A stretch of DNA of 61,671 nucleotides, counting the filler, from Rhabdomonas costata (Eukaryota): NCBI GenBank assembly GCA_019059605.1. It is 24 parts of 24 records of this genome, joined end to end, with 100 filler letters (N's around TTAATTAATTAA, not from the genome) between each part and the next. Parts side by side here need not be neighbours in the genome. Positions count along the whole stretch, not along the records: positions 25,758 to 28,231 come from JAHMHO010003247.1; positions 28,332 to 30,805 come from JAHMHO010003248.1; positions 30,906 to 33,380 come from JAHMHO010003249.1; positions 33,481 to 35,953 come from JAHMHO010003250.1; positions 36,054 to 38,528 come from JAHMHO010003251.1; 19 more parts are not named here. The stretch is one strand, 5' to 3'. A program made the position numbers and the translations under genes. Each line of letters opens with the position of its first letter. The stretch's first letter is position 1. Below the pieces are notes generated by a model, which was given only the letters and a program-made list of their open reading frames with translations, was not told the origin of the DNA and did no database searches. Below, piece by piece: positions 25,758 to 38,040 of this stretch.

Positions 25758-28071
25758 AAGCTGGGTAGTGGTGCCATTGGGGTACGTCACTGAGAGGGTC
25801 ATTGTGAGCTCCTGCAGCAGGGCATGCATGCCGGTGTCCATGACGTAGGCACGGATCAGGAACGGGGTGTCGCTGAGGTACACGGCCTGGTCCGTGGTCA
25901 GAGACATGCTCAGCACGGAGCTGCCTGTGGTGCGCACCCCAAGCCGGAGGTAATCCATCGGAATGCTCTCGCCTGTGCAGGTCACCGTCCACTCCCCGAC
26001 CGCCGCCCCGCTGTGCAAGGTGTACTGCTTCACGGAGTCCAGAGTGCTGACCGAGACCCAGCCCGAGCTGAGGTCCTGCCAGGTGTCTCCCGACGGGGAG
26101 GCCAGCTCGCAGCTGACCACCGCGCCCGTACCCTGGCTGATCAGGGAGATCGTCGCCGGGAAGGAGTATATGTCGATCAGGCTGAGACAGCAACACGAGT
26201 GTATTGTGTGTGTGTGTGCATGACCAAAATGAACCAAAACCCTTACGGCAATGTCAAGGTTTCAGTGGAAAATGAATTGAAGCAACCTCTGGGAAACAAA
26301 ATGGAAACAAAATTTGGCACCTGGTCCCATGGAAAAAGTGATCCTTTTTTGGGTTGGGCACCACTGTCCCCAACCCATAACATCAGAACATTACGGCGCG
26401 GTGGTGCCTGCGTGTGGAAATGTATACGATTTCCAGAGGGTTCACAAAAACCTCACTTACAGAGGGCGGGCAGAGCGTATACATAGATTGGTTCAGAATC
26501 TGATCCTGACGGAGGAGGATCACCGAGCTGGACACCGTCTGCTCGCCCACGCTGAGACTGGTCAGGGCGCTGTAGATCATCTGCAGCTGCTGTGCGTCGT
26601 CCGCCTGGCTGAACACCCCCCCCGTCGTAGAGGCGATGATCTGAAGCTTCAGGGTGTCCGCATCCGTGGTGAGGCCCACGGTGTGGATGACCCAGCCCTT
26701 CGCCGAGAAGAAGTTCAGCAGGGACATGTAGTCCGCGATCGGCACGTCCGGGACGTCGGTGCCGTCAGTCAGAGCACGACCACCTTGGGGTTCTGCGTGG
26801 TGCTCTGCTCCAGCAAGGCCTTAGCCAGCTGTAGCCCACCCAGGATAAAGGTGCTTCCCATGTCCCCGATGGTGGTGATGTTGTCCTTCATGGCCTGTCG
26901 GGTGCTAGGGTCGACAACGGAAAGCGGGTAGATGACGTCCGCAGTGTCCACGAACCGGATCACGGCCAAGGAGTCCCCGTCTCGCGCCTGCTCCACGACA
27001 TTCTGCGCCACGGTGAGGCGGATGTACAGTGGATCCGAGGTCAGCATGCTGCCCGAGCCGTCGATCACCAGGACGTAGTCGACGTAAGAGACCGAGAGGA
27101 GTACACGATGGCCTGGCTCTGCAGCGAGTGCAGGTTCTCGGCTGCCACACACCCACAGCTCGGCGAGCGCAGCCCCACTGTGAGGTCATACGCGCCAGCA
27201 TTGGTCTGCGGAGGGGAGACCACCATGAACGCGTAGGCCCCCTTCTGCAGGTCGTACACCGCGGTAAAGGTGCACGGGATCTCCCCCACGGAGACTCGGA
27301 AGTTGGCCTCGGTGAGGCTGAGGATCTCCTGTGAGCCCAACCCTGGGGCACAGGGCACGGGTCCACGGGTGGTGCCCAGCCCGTAGTACGTCTGGCCGGT
27401 GGCGGAGAAGCGAATCTCTCCCTCCTGCACGACACCAGGGATGGTCAGGGTGAACGTTTGGGTGGCCCCGTGGGTGGAAGGTGTGTAAGTAAACCCAAAC
27501 AGCCCAGTCACGGGGTCGTAGTCCAGCGTCTGAGGAAGAGGACCTGGAGCCCCGGTGAAAGTCGCGGGGTTCCCCGAGCACACCCCAAGGGTGAAGGTCG
27601 ACAGAGCATCCGTGCCCAGCCTGAAGCTGGCCGTGGTGGTGAGGTAAGTGAAGGTGGTTGCCCCGCCACTCACCGTGCGGCCCTGGTAGGTCACCGAGAA
27701 GGGCAAGTCGTCCCCGTAGACTTGCGTCTGAGAGGGTGGGCTGGCGCTGCTGTAGGTCGGCATCACAGGCGGGCACTTGTTGGAGCACGGGAAGCCCGCG
27801 GTGGTGTAGGCGATGGCGACAGAGTAGTACGAGGGCGCCACGGCGGCGCCCAACACGGCGACGTACAGCGGCACCGGTGTGACCCCGGTGGCCGGGGTGG
27901 TGTATGAGCACGAGTCCAAGCTGCGGCAGGCGTCGCTGGCGTCGGAGTCCAGCTGGTCCGCGGTCTTGATCGCCACCTCGATGTCGCCTCTGGCGGAGCC
28001 GTTGCGGGGCAGAACCTCCACGTTCAGGTAGCCGCCCGGGGGAACGGCGTACGGGCCGTAGTAGTTCCACG
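25758..28071 (-). CDS. Large extracellular von Willebrand factor A domain protein (two apparent frameshifts)
   Basis: The MIDAS motif VDYVLVIDGSGSM, T.I..GL..A, VVV(L)LTDG and IHTVGL...AD...L..IA..TGG are present. The upstream region is Thr/Gly-rich and beta-type. The frame changes near 27088 and 26771. Confidence 0.8.
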
Positions 28072-28707
28072 CTGGGACACACAGACAGCGGCAAAACGAC
28101 GTCCACCCGCTTCTCCGGTTCAACGGCTGAGCATTTGAAGCCTCCGGTCCCACACAGATAAAGCCCGACAGGCAACCATTTTTGGACGAACTCTCGCTTG
28201 CTCGCAATTGCTGCAAAAATCAGTAAAATATNNNNNNNNNNNNNNNNNNNNNNNNNNNNNNNNNNNNNNNNNNNNTTAATTAATTAANNNNNNNNNNNNN
28301 NNNNNNNNNNNNNNNNNNNNNNNNNNNNNNNTTGTGGAGAGTGCAGTCTAAATCATCCTAATCAGCTAAACGTTTGCCGTCCCCCCGGGATTAGCCAATT
28401 GTTGCCCTCCGTCATCTTGACAACCGACAGACGACAGCAGCACGTGTTAAGAGGAAGATAAAAATATAGAGTTTGACAACCCCCTCAAAATCCGAACAAC
28501 CGTTGTGATGTTCTTTACGTTGACCTAAACCTGAACCGAACCGAAGCCAAATTTAGCTGATTTCAAAGGAAAATTGCTTCGTTCCTTTTGAAAATTCGTC
28601 AATATGATGCGCAATGAGTGGGGAGGGCTCGACCCTTTACCGATCGGGCCAAACCGCCGCCTGCTGCTGCTGCTGTCCAGTCGTGTAATACACATACCTG
28701 CTCAAAG

Positions 28708-30476
28708 GAGCCTTCCAAGAGCGACAAGGCGAAGCCCTCCAGGGAGGCCGACGACGCCCTCTCGGTGGGTGAGCCCGAGGAGATGCTTGAGGCCGACGAG
28801 CCCGACGCCGAACCTGAGGGGGTGGTGGGCGATGACGCAGAGGTGGACGGTGACCCCAGCTCCGCTCCTGCCCCTGCCCCGACTCCTCGCCGTGGAGGGC
28901 CGGCCCGCCGGCTGGGGCTCAGTTCGGAGGCCGTGCAGAAGGAGGCCTCCATGGCAGGCGACGACAGCGGCGTGGACGACGAAGATGACGACAATGACGA
29001 TGATGAAGAGAAGGATGACAGCGCCAACAAGAACCAGGGCACCAGTTCTAACCCCAACCCCGTTGCTGGAAGTACGGTGGGCGCGGAGGGTACCTTGGAG
29101 GAAGAAGCCGGGCAGCCCGAGGAGAGTGATGGAGGCGGCTCCGAGGAAGGGGCGAGTGCCGAAGAGGAGGAGGAGGCGGGCTCCCATGTCACCAAAACCA
29201 CCGTGTCTGCGGCCAAGGTTTGCGAGGTTTGCGGTTATCTCCATGAATGCCAGTGGATGAACTGCCCACCTCACATCCTAAAATGCGTTGTGTTGCAGGT
29301 CCCATTTGCATTTTTCGATCCTCTCAAGCTCAAAGTTGTCTAGAATTTTAGCAGAACCTTGCCACCCCGGTGCAGCTGCAATCGTGGACGGGTCCATTGC
29401 GAGCTTTTGCCCCTTCCGCCCCTCCTTCTCCCTTCTGTCGCTTCTGTTTGTGTAACCAGCTTCCAGTCACATCACTGAACAAAATATTCACCGCAATCAA
29501 TACTGCATTGGCCATCCACTCACTCCTTGAGTCCAGAAAATCCTCTCCCTTGAGGCGGCTCCAGCACTATCATGCTGCTTGGTAACCCCACCCGGTTGTT
29601 GAAAACATGCTGGGCCACAGTCACAGCGAATCTGCCTCGTCGTATCCGTCGAATTAGCGCTCTGCCCGCCCCTCTGTTCCCAACTTTCATTCAGGTGGAG
29701 ATCGGGGACGACGTGGTGACCTGCAGAATTGCCGTCAAGGTGCACCCCCCTACCTCTTCCTCTTTCCTTGAATCTGCTCGGATCACTCCTGGACGTTATG
29801 TTGTTGGTTCCTCAGTGTATTTTCATTTCGCGTTATTCATTCCCTCGCGGATTATGGTTATTGTGTCATTATTAGAATCTTAGCTTCTGTCGGCGCAATC
29901 ACTTTAATCTACAACAATGCCGTTAACCATTCGCTGAATCACCGAGTTCGATATTCTTGGCATTTTCGTTCCGTGTGTTTTTGCCGTTCAACCATCGTTC
30001 CCCAATCGTATTAATTCACAGAGATGTTTGAAGCATTAGCCGTGATCAGGTTGTTGATCGGAAGCACAGTTTAACTCTAACTCACACAGGGGAACATGGG
30101 ATAGGATGGGATAGGGTGGAAGGACCAGCCACGCAGCGTCCAAAGAGGCCCATTGTATATGGAAAGCCTTCGAGCCTCCATCGCAACGTTTGTCTCTGCC
30201 AAAAAAAAAAGTGTGTTGCGTGAAAAATACGTCTGCTTGCAGTATGCTTCGTGCTGTCAAATTCAATTTCTAATGCGGCATGCTTCCAAAAGGCCATTAA
30301 AGCACGCACAGAGACAGAAGCTCACCCAGGTGTTTTTGTCTCTGCCGCAGATCCCCCGCACGGCGGACTTGTGCTGTGTCACGGCAGCGGTATGGGGGCG
30401 CCTGCGGGCGACCTCACTGAAGCCCCCTGTGCTGCGAGGAGTCCTCTCCGCGAGTATAGCGAAGCTCCCAGAGAAG
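28708..30476 (+). CDS. Protein with a long acidic low-complexity exon; tentatively the RNA polymerase I largest-subunit C-terminal region
   Basis: Exons at 28708-29217 (D/E-rich), 29695-29739 (VEIGDDVVTCRIAVK) and 30351-30476 are in phase. An acidic insertion followed by 'C...+.+P' loosely recalls RPA1, but the similarity is weak. Confidence 0.3.
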
Positions 30477-30965
30477 GTCTTTGCACTTCCCGACCATTCA
30501 CTGACTTTTAGCACCCCACTTCGGATCCTTTGCAGGTCACGCTGAGGCCAAGCTTTTGGTCGGGAACGCCAATAAATGGGAAGTCCCCTTTCTATTTTTT
30601 TTGCAGACCTGCATATTTCAGCGTCAAGTTTCGTCCGGGGCTACTTATCATATTTAATAGGCTCCACCGTAAACTGAGACTTTTGTTAGAATAGTTAGAG
30701 CATGCCTGAGCGGTACAAAATCAGGGCACTCACGGTGTCGCCTGATGTTTGGGGTTGGAGGAGCACACCGTGCACCAGAAACACACCTATGTTACCACCA
30801 AAAACNNNNNNNNNNNNNNNNNNNNNNNNNNNNNNNNNNNNNNNNNNNNTTAATTAATTAANNNNNNNNNNNNNNNNNNNNNNNNNNNNNNNNNNNNNNN
30901 NNNNNGTTTTTGGGTCTTTCCTGGGTGCTTGGGTGCGTTATGCAAAGGGGAGGGGCTTTTCTCAG

Positions 30966-31199
30966 GTGGTAGTTTCTCTGAAGGCTCTCGCTGAGCTGGC
31001 GGCGCCGGAGGGAGGAGTGGTGGGGCTGCGGGTCCGGAACTGTGAGTGGGCCACCGTGGAGGTGTGCCGTGAGGGTGCGGCGGGCTGCCCGCCGATCCGC
31101 CTGGGGGAGGTGAGCGTGACCAGCTGCCTGAGGATGGACCTGCGATGCGGTGCGGCCAACACTGTGGAGCTCTCCCGCAGCAAGAACGTCCAGCTGTAG
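30966..31199 (+). CDS. Exon with C-CAP/tubulin cofactor C-like beta-helix pattern
   Basis: The sequence LRVRNCEWATVEV...VSVTSC.RMDL...NTVELSRSKNVQL shows the periodicity of this fold. Confidence 0.45.
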   Translation: MVVSLKALAELAAPEGGVVGLRVRNCEWATVEVCREGAAGCPPIRLGEVSVTSCLRMDLRCGAANTVELSRSKNVQL

Positions 31200-31844
31200 G
31201 TGTGTGTGGAGGGCTATTGAGAGGGGATGGGTGGGGATGCCGTGTTGCCCAATCCCCTGACTCTCCGGCTGCAACTCCGTCGTCGGAGGGTTCGGAGGGG
31301 GACTATGGTTATGGTAACTTGTATGGAGGGAGAGGGGTTGGTGATGAGTTGCTTGCAGGACATGTTTGCCGACGGCGCGGGACTGGGTTGTGCTTGCTGA
31401 TTTTGTTTTTAGCGAGGCAGTAATTTAAACATGAGAATTGTTGTTGCCGGTGCGTGTGTTCCCGTATTTCTTGAGAACGAAGTCACAGTTAATCACCCAA
31501 GCAACGTAAGGAAGACCAAGAATGAATAGAAACTGAGATAATCGTTTTCTTGTCTTTGGTGGGTTTTTTGTTGAGATTGGTGTTTGCGCCTTTGGGTCGC
31601 TTATTGAACACTCAGTTTCAGAGGAGCGGATAGAGACCGTCTTCGACGGGTTCCCCCTCCCTTCTCAAAAGAAGAATGGTGAGAGGTGCTCAGGGTACTC
31701 TCGCCCTTTTAGCTAAGCTCTGGCGACAACAAAAGATGAAAAAAGCAACCCGGAGGGACGCCATCCCAATGATGGGTGTACCTTTTTTGAAAAGTCTTCA
31801 TTTCCGAATCGCAAATTAAAACAATTGAAAATACAAACACGAAC

Positions 31845-31922
31845 ATATACGCATGCACACACACTTACACATACACTTACACATACACATAAGCATACAC
31901 ATAAGCATACACACATACACAC
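31845..31922. repeat. Degenerate (CA/CATA)-rich simple repeat
   Basis: Tandem acacatacac-like units. Confidence 0.8.
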
Positions 31923-31929
31923 CATCAAG

Positions 31930-33369
31930 ATGTCTCTTTGGCGGAGGAGGAGCTGGAGGAGGCGACGTGGCAGCCCCTGCAGGAGGTCCGCGCGGCTAGA
32001 GAGCGAGTTCAGGCCCTACGTGCCCACTTAGCCAAGCTGGAAGCCTCCGAGCAGGAGGTCGCTTTTCCCGAGCGAGTCTATTCCTCTTATACGCTGAAAA
32101 GTTTAAGTTGTGATTGTGTTCAACGAGAAGGGTTTCAGCGCGATGTTGCCCAATTATCACCTCACAGTCAGCACTTACCAGCAGGGGACAATTGTATTGA
32201 GGGGTGAGGTCGTTAAACGTTTAATGGTGTTAAACTTTTTGTGACTTTGTGGATCGATTGGGTTAACCTCAGTTTAGGGGCGGCCCGCGGCGCGACCGGC
32301 GCGGACGCATAAGGGGTTCATGCAAAAATTTCACTGTTCAACACCGTTAATACCGTTAGGCGCTAGTGCTTTATGGCCCCCCCACCTATCATTCCTGGAC
32401 ACAGCAGAAGATGCAGTTTTTTCGAAAGGGAGGTAGGTTAACTAATCTGCTTCCCATAGATGACGATTTAGTTTAACTTTAACTTTAAGTGGTGTTAGCG
32501 GTTTAACGGATAACGTTTAAGCACCCACCACCACCACCACCAAAAAAACACAGTTGTTGTGTAAGCGCAGATTTCCAGCAGAGTTCTGAAGCAGCAGCCC
32601 CGCTATGGTGCCACGCACTTTCAGGGGGTGAACGAACAAATGACTCACCACAATTTAAATGCAAATGTCACAGCATCGAGCACACAACCAAAATTATAGC
32701 TCACTCAGAACACACCCGCACGCACACACAGGCTGTGCTGCTGATCTCGGCGGAGGAAAGCAGCGCAGAGCTGGTGGAGGAGGAGATCTTCAAGGTCACC
32801 ACCTCGGTTATTGCGCCCCTGGAGCAACAGCTCGAGGCCGCCCGGGCGACCCACCAGCTACGGATGGCTGCGGTGCAGGCCCGCAAGCAGAGGGTACGCG
32901 CTCCACCCCCTGCCCTCACCTTGGCTTGGGTGCGTCGGGCTCAAAAACTGTACTGCTGGAGGACTCGTTCATCCAGACCTCATTTGTCGAACCTGTGAAA
33001 AGTTGGTCCTTTCAAGCCCTAATGGGGGGGGGCGTTGTATTTGGTCTGTGTAACTGCTATGTAGGCTTTGGCTTTATGCAATTTCATGAGTTTGCTTAAG
33101 GGGAACTTAAAGGTTAACGTGCCGTGTGTGGCTTCCCAAACGGAACGTGGTCTCCTTTGTTTGCTGTGCGTATACCTAAATCCAAATATTCCGTTTTCCT
33201 GAACGGAGCGGTGCACTGGTGTTTGTGTGTATAGGTGTGTGTGGCATAGCTCGCAGAAGAGCTCGAGGCGCAGTGCCAGGCAGCCGATGCGGCGTCGCAG
33301 CAGGTCGCCCGAGACCTTTCCGAGCTGATGCACGCGGCAGTCACCGAGCACCGCCTAATGCTAAACCAG
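31930..33369 (+). CDS. Coiled-coil hypothetical protein, 3 exons
   Basis: The exons read SLAEEELEEATWQPLQEVRAARERVQALRAHLAKLEASEQE / AVLLISAEESSAELVEEEIFKV...QARKQR / LAEELEAQCQAADAASQQVARDLSELMHAAVTEHRLMLNQ. Each is bounded by AG and GT. Confidence 0.65.
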
Positions 33370-33690
33370 GTGCCCATTTGNNNNNNNNNNNNNNNNNNNN
33401 NNNNNNNNNNNNNNNNNNNNNNNNTTAATTAATTAANNNNNNNNNNNNNNNNNNNNNNNNNNNNNNNNNNNNNNNNNNNNTTTACCGAGACTTTGCTGAC
33501 TTTGCATTCAATTTAGGAAAATGACGGGGAGAAGGTGGTTAGCGGTGCCTGTTCGTGTTTGTTTGTGGTGCGATAATCACTAAGGGCGTTGTGGAATGGT
33601 TGCAGAGATTTTCCGTGATCTTGGTTGATATGCTGAAAGGAAGTCCACCGCCCGCACTTCAACTCCTTCATTCCTTGATTTTCCATTCAG

Positions 33691-35527
33691 GTCCCCGTTC
33701 CGGTGGACGTAGTGAAGAGTGTACAGATCCCTGTCCCCTACGTAGTGGTACGGGAGATTGAGGAGTTGTTTCCCATGGAGCAGATTGTGGAGAAGGTGTG
33801 CGATTGACGTGTTTTTGTTTGTGTGTGCGCACAAAGTGTGACGCCGCTACATAACTGCTGCGCACCCTGGGATTCGCTTTCCTTCCCTTCCACTCGTGAA
33901 GGAAAGACAAAGCAAGACAGGACTTGCGGAAGACCTTGTCTGCGTTCATGATCAGATTGCAATAGTGCGTCGACACCGACTTCATCTTGTCCAATCCAAC
34001 ATACGAAAAGAATGGATATGGAATTATGGGAGTCTGAAAAGAGTTAGGCACTCCTTCCTCTCTTCTTCCCACAGTGCAGAGGTGACAGAAGTGGGGGAAG
34101 TGAGGCACAGTGGTGCGTCCATTTGTAATCGAGGGAGGTAAGCCAGGTTTCGAATCTATGAAACTCCCGGAGAAAAAGCTGCTGTCAGTGGAGAAGGGAG
34201 GTTACCATATGCGAAACGCTCGGCAGTGAGCCGGTGGAGCGAACGGAGCTCCAGGGCACCGTTCGCTCCAACGGCACCTCTCGCGAGCACCAATGTATAC
34301 CCACCCAACCCCCACTCACAAAAGAAGCGGGGAATGTGTGCACATTCCGCAATCTGCCTTCCCCCAGGTCGTCCAGGTGCAGCGCCCAATCCCCGTCACG
34401 GAGGTGGTGCGGGTGCCCGTACCCGTGGACCAGGTCGTCGAGAAGCGCGTGCCCTACCCTGTGGAGCGCGTGATTCACCAAAAGGTTATCGCATCTGCAT
34501 CCGCATTGCATGCTTTTTTGACAACCAAACCTTTCCCTACCGTCAGCCAATTTACGGTTTCGGGTCTTCTTTGTGCTGTACCCGTGGTGTGCTCGGCGGG
34601 AGCGGTTCCGAGCATTTGTCCGTGTATGCTTCGAGTCTGGTCAAAAGTCAGAAATCAGACAAAGCCCAAAATGAACAAGTAACCACCCCCGCACTGCCCC
34701 ACACAGGTTCCCGTTCCTGTGGAGCAGGTGATCGAGAACATCATCCGCGTTCCCAGGCAGGTCATCCAAAAGGTGCCCGTGCAGGTATCTTGTGTGCGGG
34801 ATGGGGAACCGAATTTTCCCGACATTTTCCACAGGACTCGCCTCCTGTCATGTTTTTTGCGTTCTCGAGCTTCACTGAGCCTCAGACTTGTCAACAAAAA
34901 GTCTACTCGCACCAGCACCCTCCGCTGCAACTCGGAACACCTGCTTGAGCGCATTTGTTGAGTGCGTGCGTCCGTCAGTAGTGTTGTGTCTTTGGTTGGA
35001 GCCGCTCCTGTGTCTTATATCGCACGTTATTGCCGCATCTCATTTGTTCACCCAAAGGAAACAAATATAGTTACAAATAGAAATACAGGAAGATTGCTCT
35101 GAGCCTTCCCAAGAACAAAACAAGGGGAACAACAAAAAGACGGACTAGTCAGATGCACAGATGCACAGCCTGCGTGAAAACAGGCAGGCTTGGTTTTTGT
35201 CCGTCCTTGACCAGTGCGAAGACATAAAGCGCATGAAAAGAAATCCGGCAAGGCCATCGGCCTCAATTGACGTATTCAGTCGCACAACTCTCCTTCCCAT
35301 TGAGCGTCCCCCTCTGCATCCCAGGCACTCATCGAAGTGAGGGGAAAGGTGAAGGTGACCGCAACGGCTCACCCAACACGTGCACCGCGGCCGGCCACAT
35401 GTCCATTGTGTGTCCAGGTCTTTCTGGTTTCTGGTCTCCACAGGTGACCTACCCTGTGGAAAAGATCGTCACCCAGGAAGTCCCCTTCACCGTGGAGCAA
35501 ATCGTGGAAAGGATTGTGGAACGCACG
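33691..35527 (+). CDS. Articulin/alveolin-type VPV-repeat cortical cytoskeleton protein, 4 exons
   Basis: Exons at 33691-33795, 34368-34484, 34707-34784 and 35444-35527 encode VPVPVDVVKSVQIPVPYVV, VVRVPVPVDQVVEKRVPYPVERV, VPVPVEQVIENIIRVPRQV and VTYPVEKIVTQEVPF. Confidence 0.88.
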
Positions 35528-36146
35528 GTGTGCGTGCTGCATGATTTGGTACCCTGTCGTAACGTGTAACGTGAAGGTCGTGAAGGATTTGCCGCACCGT
35601 TGCTAGCTGCTTCATTTTCTGTCGTCCACAAATCGGTGACAACAGTGCGGGGACAGTTGTAACCTCTGGCTGCAGTTCCCGAAGTCGTGACTCCCTTTGT
35701 TCTCCTTTGTCGTCGGGCCCTGGCGTTGCAGATTGCCGAAATTGTTTGTCAGTCATTAAAAGTCACCAGTGGGTGCCAGCTGTATATTGCCAGTGAGAGT
35801 TTCTGTACGAACGACTGCACACTCCACGGGCTCGGCGTGAATCACAGGGATGTGGCTTATTCGTGAAGAGTGCATTTTGGAACCACCATCGTGAAACGCC
35901 GTGTCTTTCGAACCATTCTTTGTCTGAGTCTGCTTTTGACGTTAGCGAGACTCNNNNNNNNNNNNNNNNNNNNNNNNNNNNNNNNNNNNNNNNNNNNTTA
36001 ATTAATTAANNNNNNNNNNNNNNNNNNNNNNNNNNNNNNNNNNNNNNNNNNNNGTGTGGTTTTGGATTTTTCTCCTATTACCACTCTCTCTCAGACGCAG
36101 TGAGGCAGGGAGAGGCTGCTGCGTGAGTTTTGGGGTTTTCTCGCAG

Positions 36147-38040
36147 GAGTGTGCACGGGATACCTTTCTGGCCTGCAGCCCGGCCAGACCGTCGCAGTGA
36201 AGGCTGAGAAGTCCGATCTTGTGCCCCCGAAGGACGAGGAGCTTCTGGTCGCCGTTGCCCTGGGGTCTGGAAACGTCACCTTCACGTTCACTCACTAACT
36301 CATTCTCGCCCTCCGCATCGATGTTCATCCATCATATCCACTTCTCAGGCTTGTCCCTGACCCTGACGAAATAACTAGCAATCCACTCGCATACTCATAG
36401 ATTGCTATTCCTGCGCAACACGCATGCGCTCTTTGCATTGGGCTTGCGTTGTTCAGCACGGGCATTTCGCCTGTTCGGGCGCTGCTGCACCGCCGACTTG
36501 CGCTGAAGGAGAGGGGCGGCAAGCCCGGCCACGTGCTGCTGTACTACGGCTTCCGGTCCAAGGCCACGGACTATCTGTACGCGGACGAGTTCCTGAAGTT
36601 CGGGCAGGCTGGGCTTGTGGAGGTGCACCCCGCGTGCAGCCACGAGGTTCCCGGGAAGTACGAGACCCCGCTGGACCTGATCGACGGCAAGCCGCGGGTA
36701 CTGCACGACATGCTACGCTCGGGGGCGTCGTTCTTCTATTGCGGGCTGGGCGGGGCCATCCCGAAGATGGTGGAGTCCACCGTGCAGCGCGCGCTGCACG
36801 CGTGCCGGGAAACCGCGATCAGCGTCAGGAAGCTTCGAGAGCAGGGTTGCTCTCTCCCTTTGTTTCTCCTTGCGGTCACAACAGAAGCTAGTTTGAAACC
36901 CACAGGTTGCAGACACGCACACCCACATACACACGATCACAGACATGGTCGTGTTTCCGCACAGGGGTGGGCAGATTCACCTCAGGTTTGAAATCGAAGC
37001 TTTCAGAACATCCGCCATTGCAATTATTATGTCTGCTCTGTCTGCTCTGCTGCGAATCCCAATTTTTTGCTTTATGGGGACGAATCTTGTCGTCGCTTCT
37101 GCGCAACCTTGCCTTGGCGCCGTTAAAATCTTCAGTTCCCATTCTGCGTTCCTGCACACCCACATTTTAGCAGCGGGCGACACTGGGGCCCTGTTTCTCA
37201 GTGATCCTTCTCCTTTGCCCTTGACCGGGGCGCTCTTTTCTTTTCTTCACGCACTGTCGTCCAATAGCCATCTTTGTGTCCCTTCAGGGAAGTACCTGGA
37301 GGAGTTCTTCAGCACGGATGTGGATGCAGAGAACCTCTTCCAGACCCTATATGGCAACAAGGAGGCCCCGATCGCCTCGAAGTACCAGGGAGCGGAGATG
37401 TTCTGCTTCCAGTGTGAGCAGGTCCCGCCACACAATTTGCTTGTCGGAAGAGGTCGATGTCACTTTAGAGACCAGTATGTTGGTTGGAAAAAAGTTAGGT
37501 GCATCACTTATTCATAGTCAGCTTGCTTTTTATGACAAGACTACTCCCTTGCCTCCACAGTAAAGTTTGAACAGTCTCGCAGGCATGGGTCGCCACCTTC
37601 TGATCTTTGGCAGGTTTCACATTGAAGTTCATGCTTCTTTGATTCTCTGAGCAGACAGTGGTTCTCTGCCTTCACGTTCTCCTTTCTCCCTTTACAGACC
37701 TATCACGGCACTGGCTGCGTCAAGGTGTGCATTTGTTTTTTTTAGTGATTTGTTTGCGATGCAGTGCACTTCTGCCAGGTTTGGTGAAATTGATATGGCT
37801 TTTTGAGCCTTCGTCTCTGTGGTTGGACAGAAGCGAAGGTTTGAGGTACAGCTCTGCCAGGGATTTCACCGATGCATTCAAATAGTTGTGCAAAGTTTTG
37901 GCGCTTTTTTTTTGCGTCACTTTCTTTGTACTCGCAGGTTGGGGTCTGTGGAAAGCAGCCCTCCACGGCGTGGATTCAGGACTTGCTGGTGCACCTGGTG
38001 AAGATCTGGGGGTGGTACAACCACCACGGGCAGAAGTTGG
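36147..38040 (+). CDS. hcp: Fusion protein: CPR/FNR-type FAD/NAD(P)H reductase domain + hybrid cluster (prismane) protein, partial
   Basis: Exons at 36147-36264, 36457-36845, 37288-37421, 37698-37724 and 37938-~38040 join in frame via GT-AG introns. They encode GVCTGYL, ALG/TGISPVR, LYYGFR...DYLYADE, FFYCG and LREQGKYLEEFFS, then a linker, then MFCFQCEQ/TYHGTGCVK/VGVCGK..STAWIQDLLVHLVK. Confidence 0.9.

Noticed and set aside
27186-28175. Long alternative-frame and antisense ORFs over GC-rich exons (also 25824-26931, 28599-29274, 49229-49486)
   Set aside because: These are shadow ORFs caused by high GC3 or repeat coding, with no independent protein features.
31930-31945. Out-of-frame ATG suggesting another TCT/TCCT frameshift
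   Set aside because: It is explained more simply as an internal phase-1 exon after an AAG acceptor.
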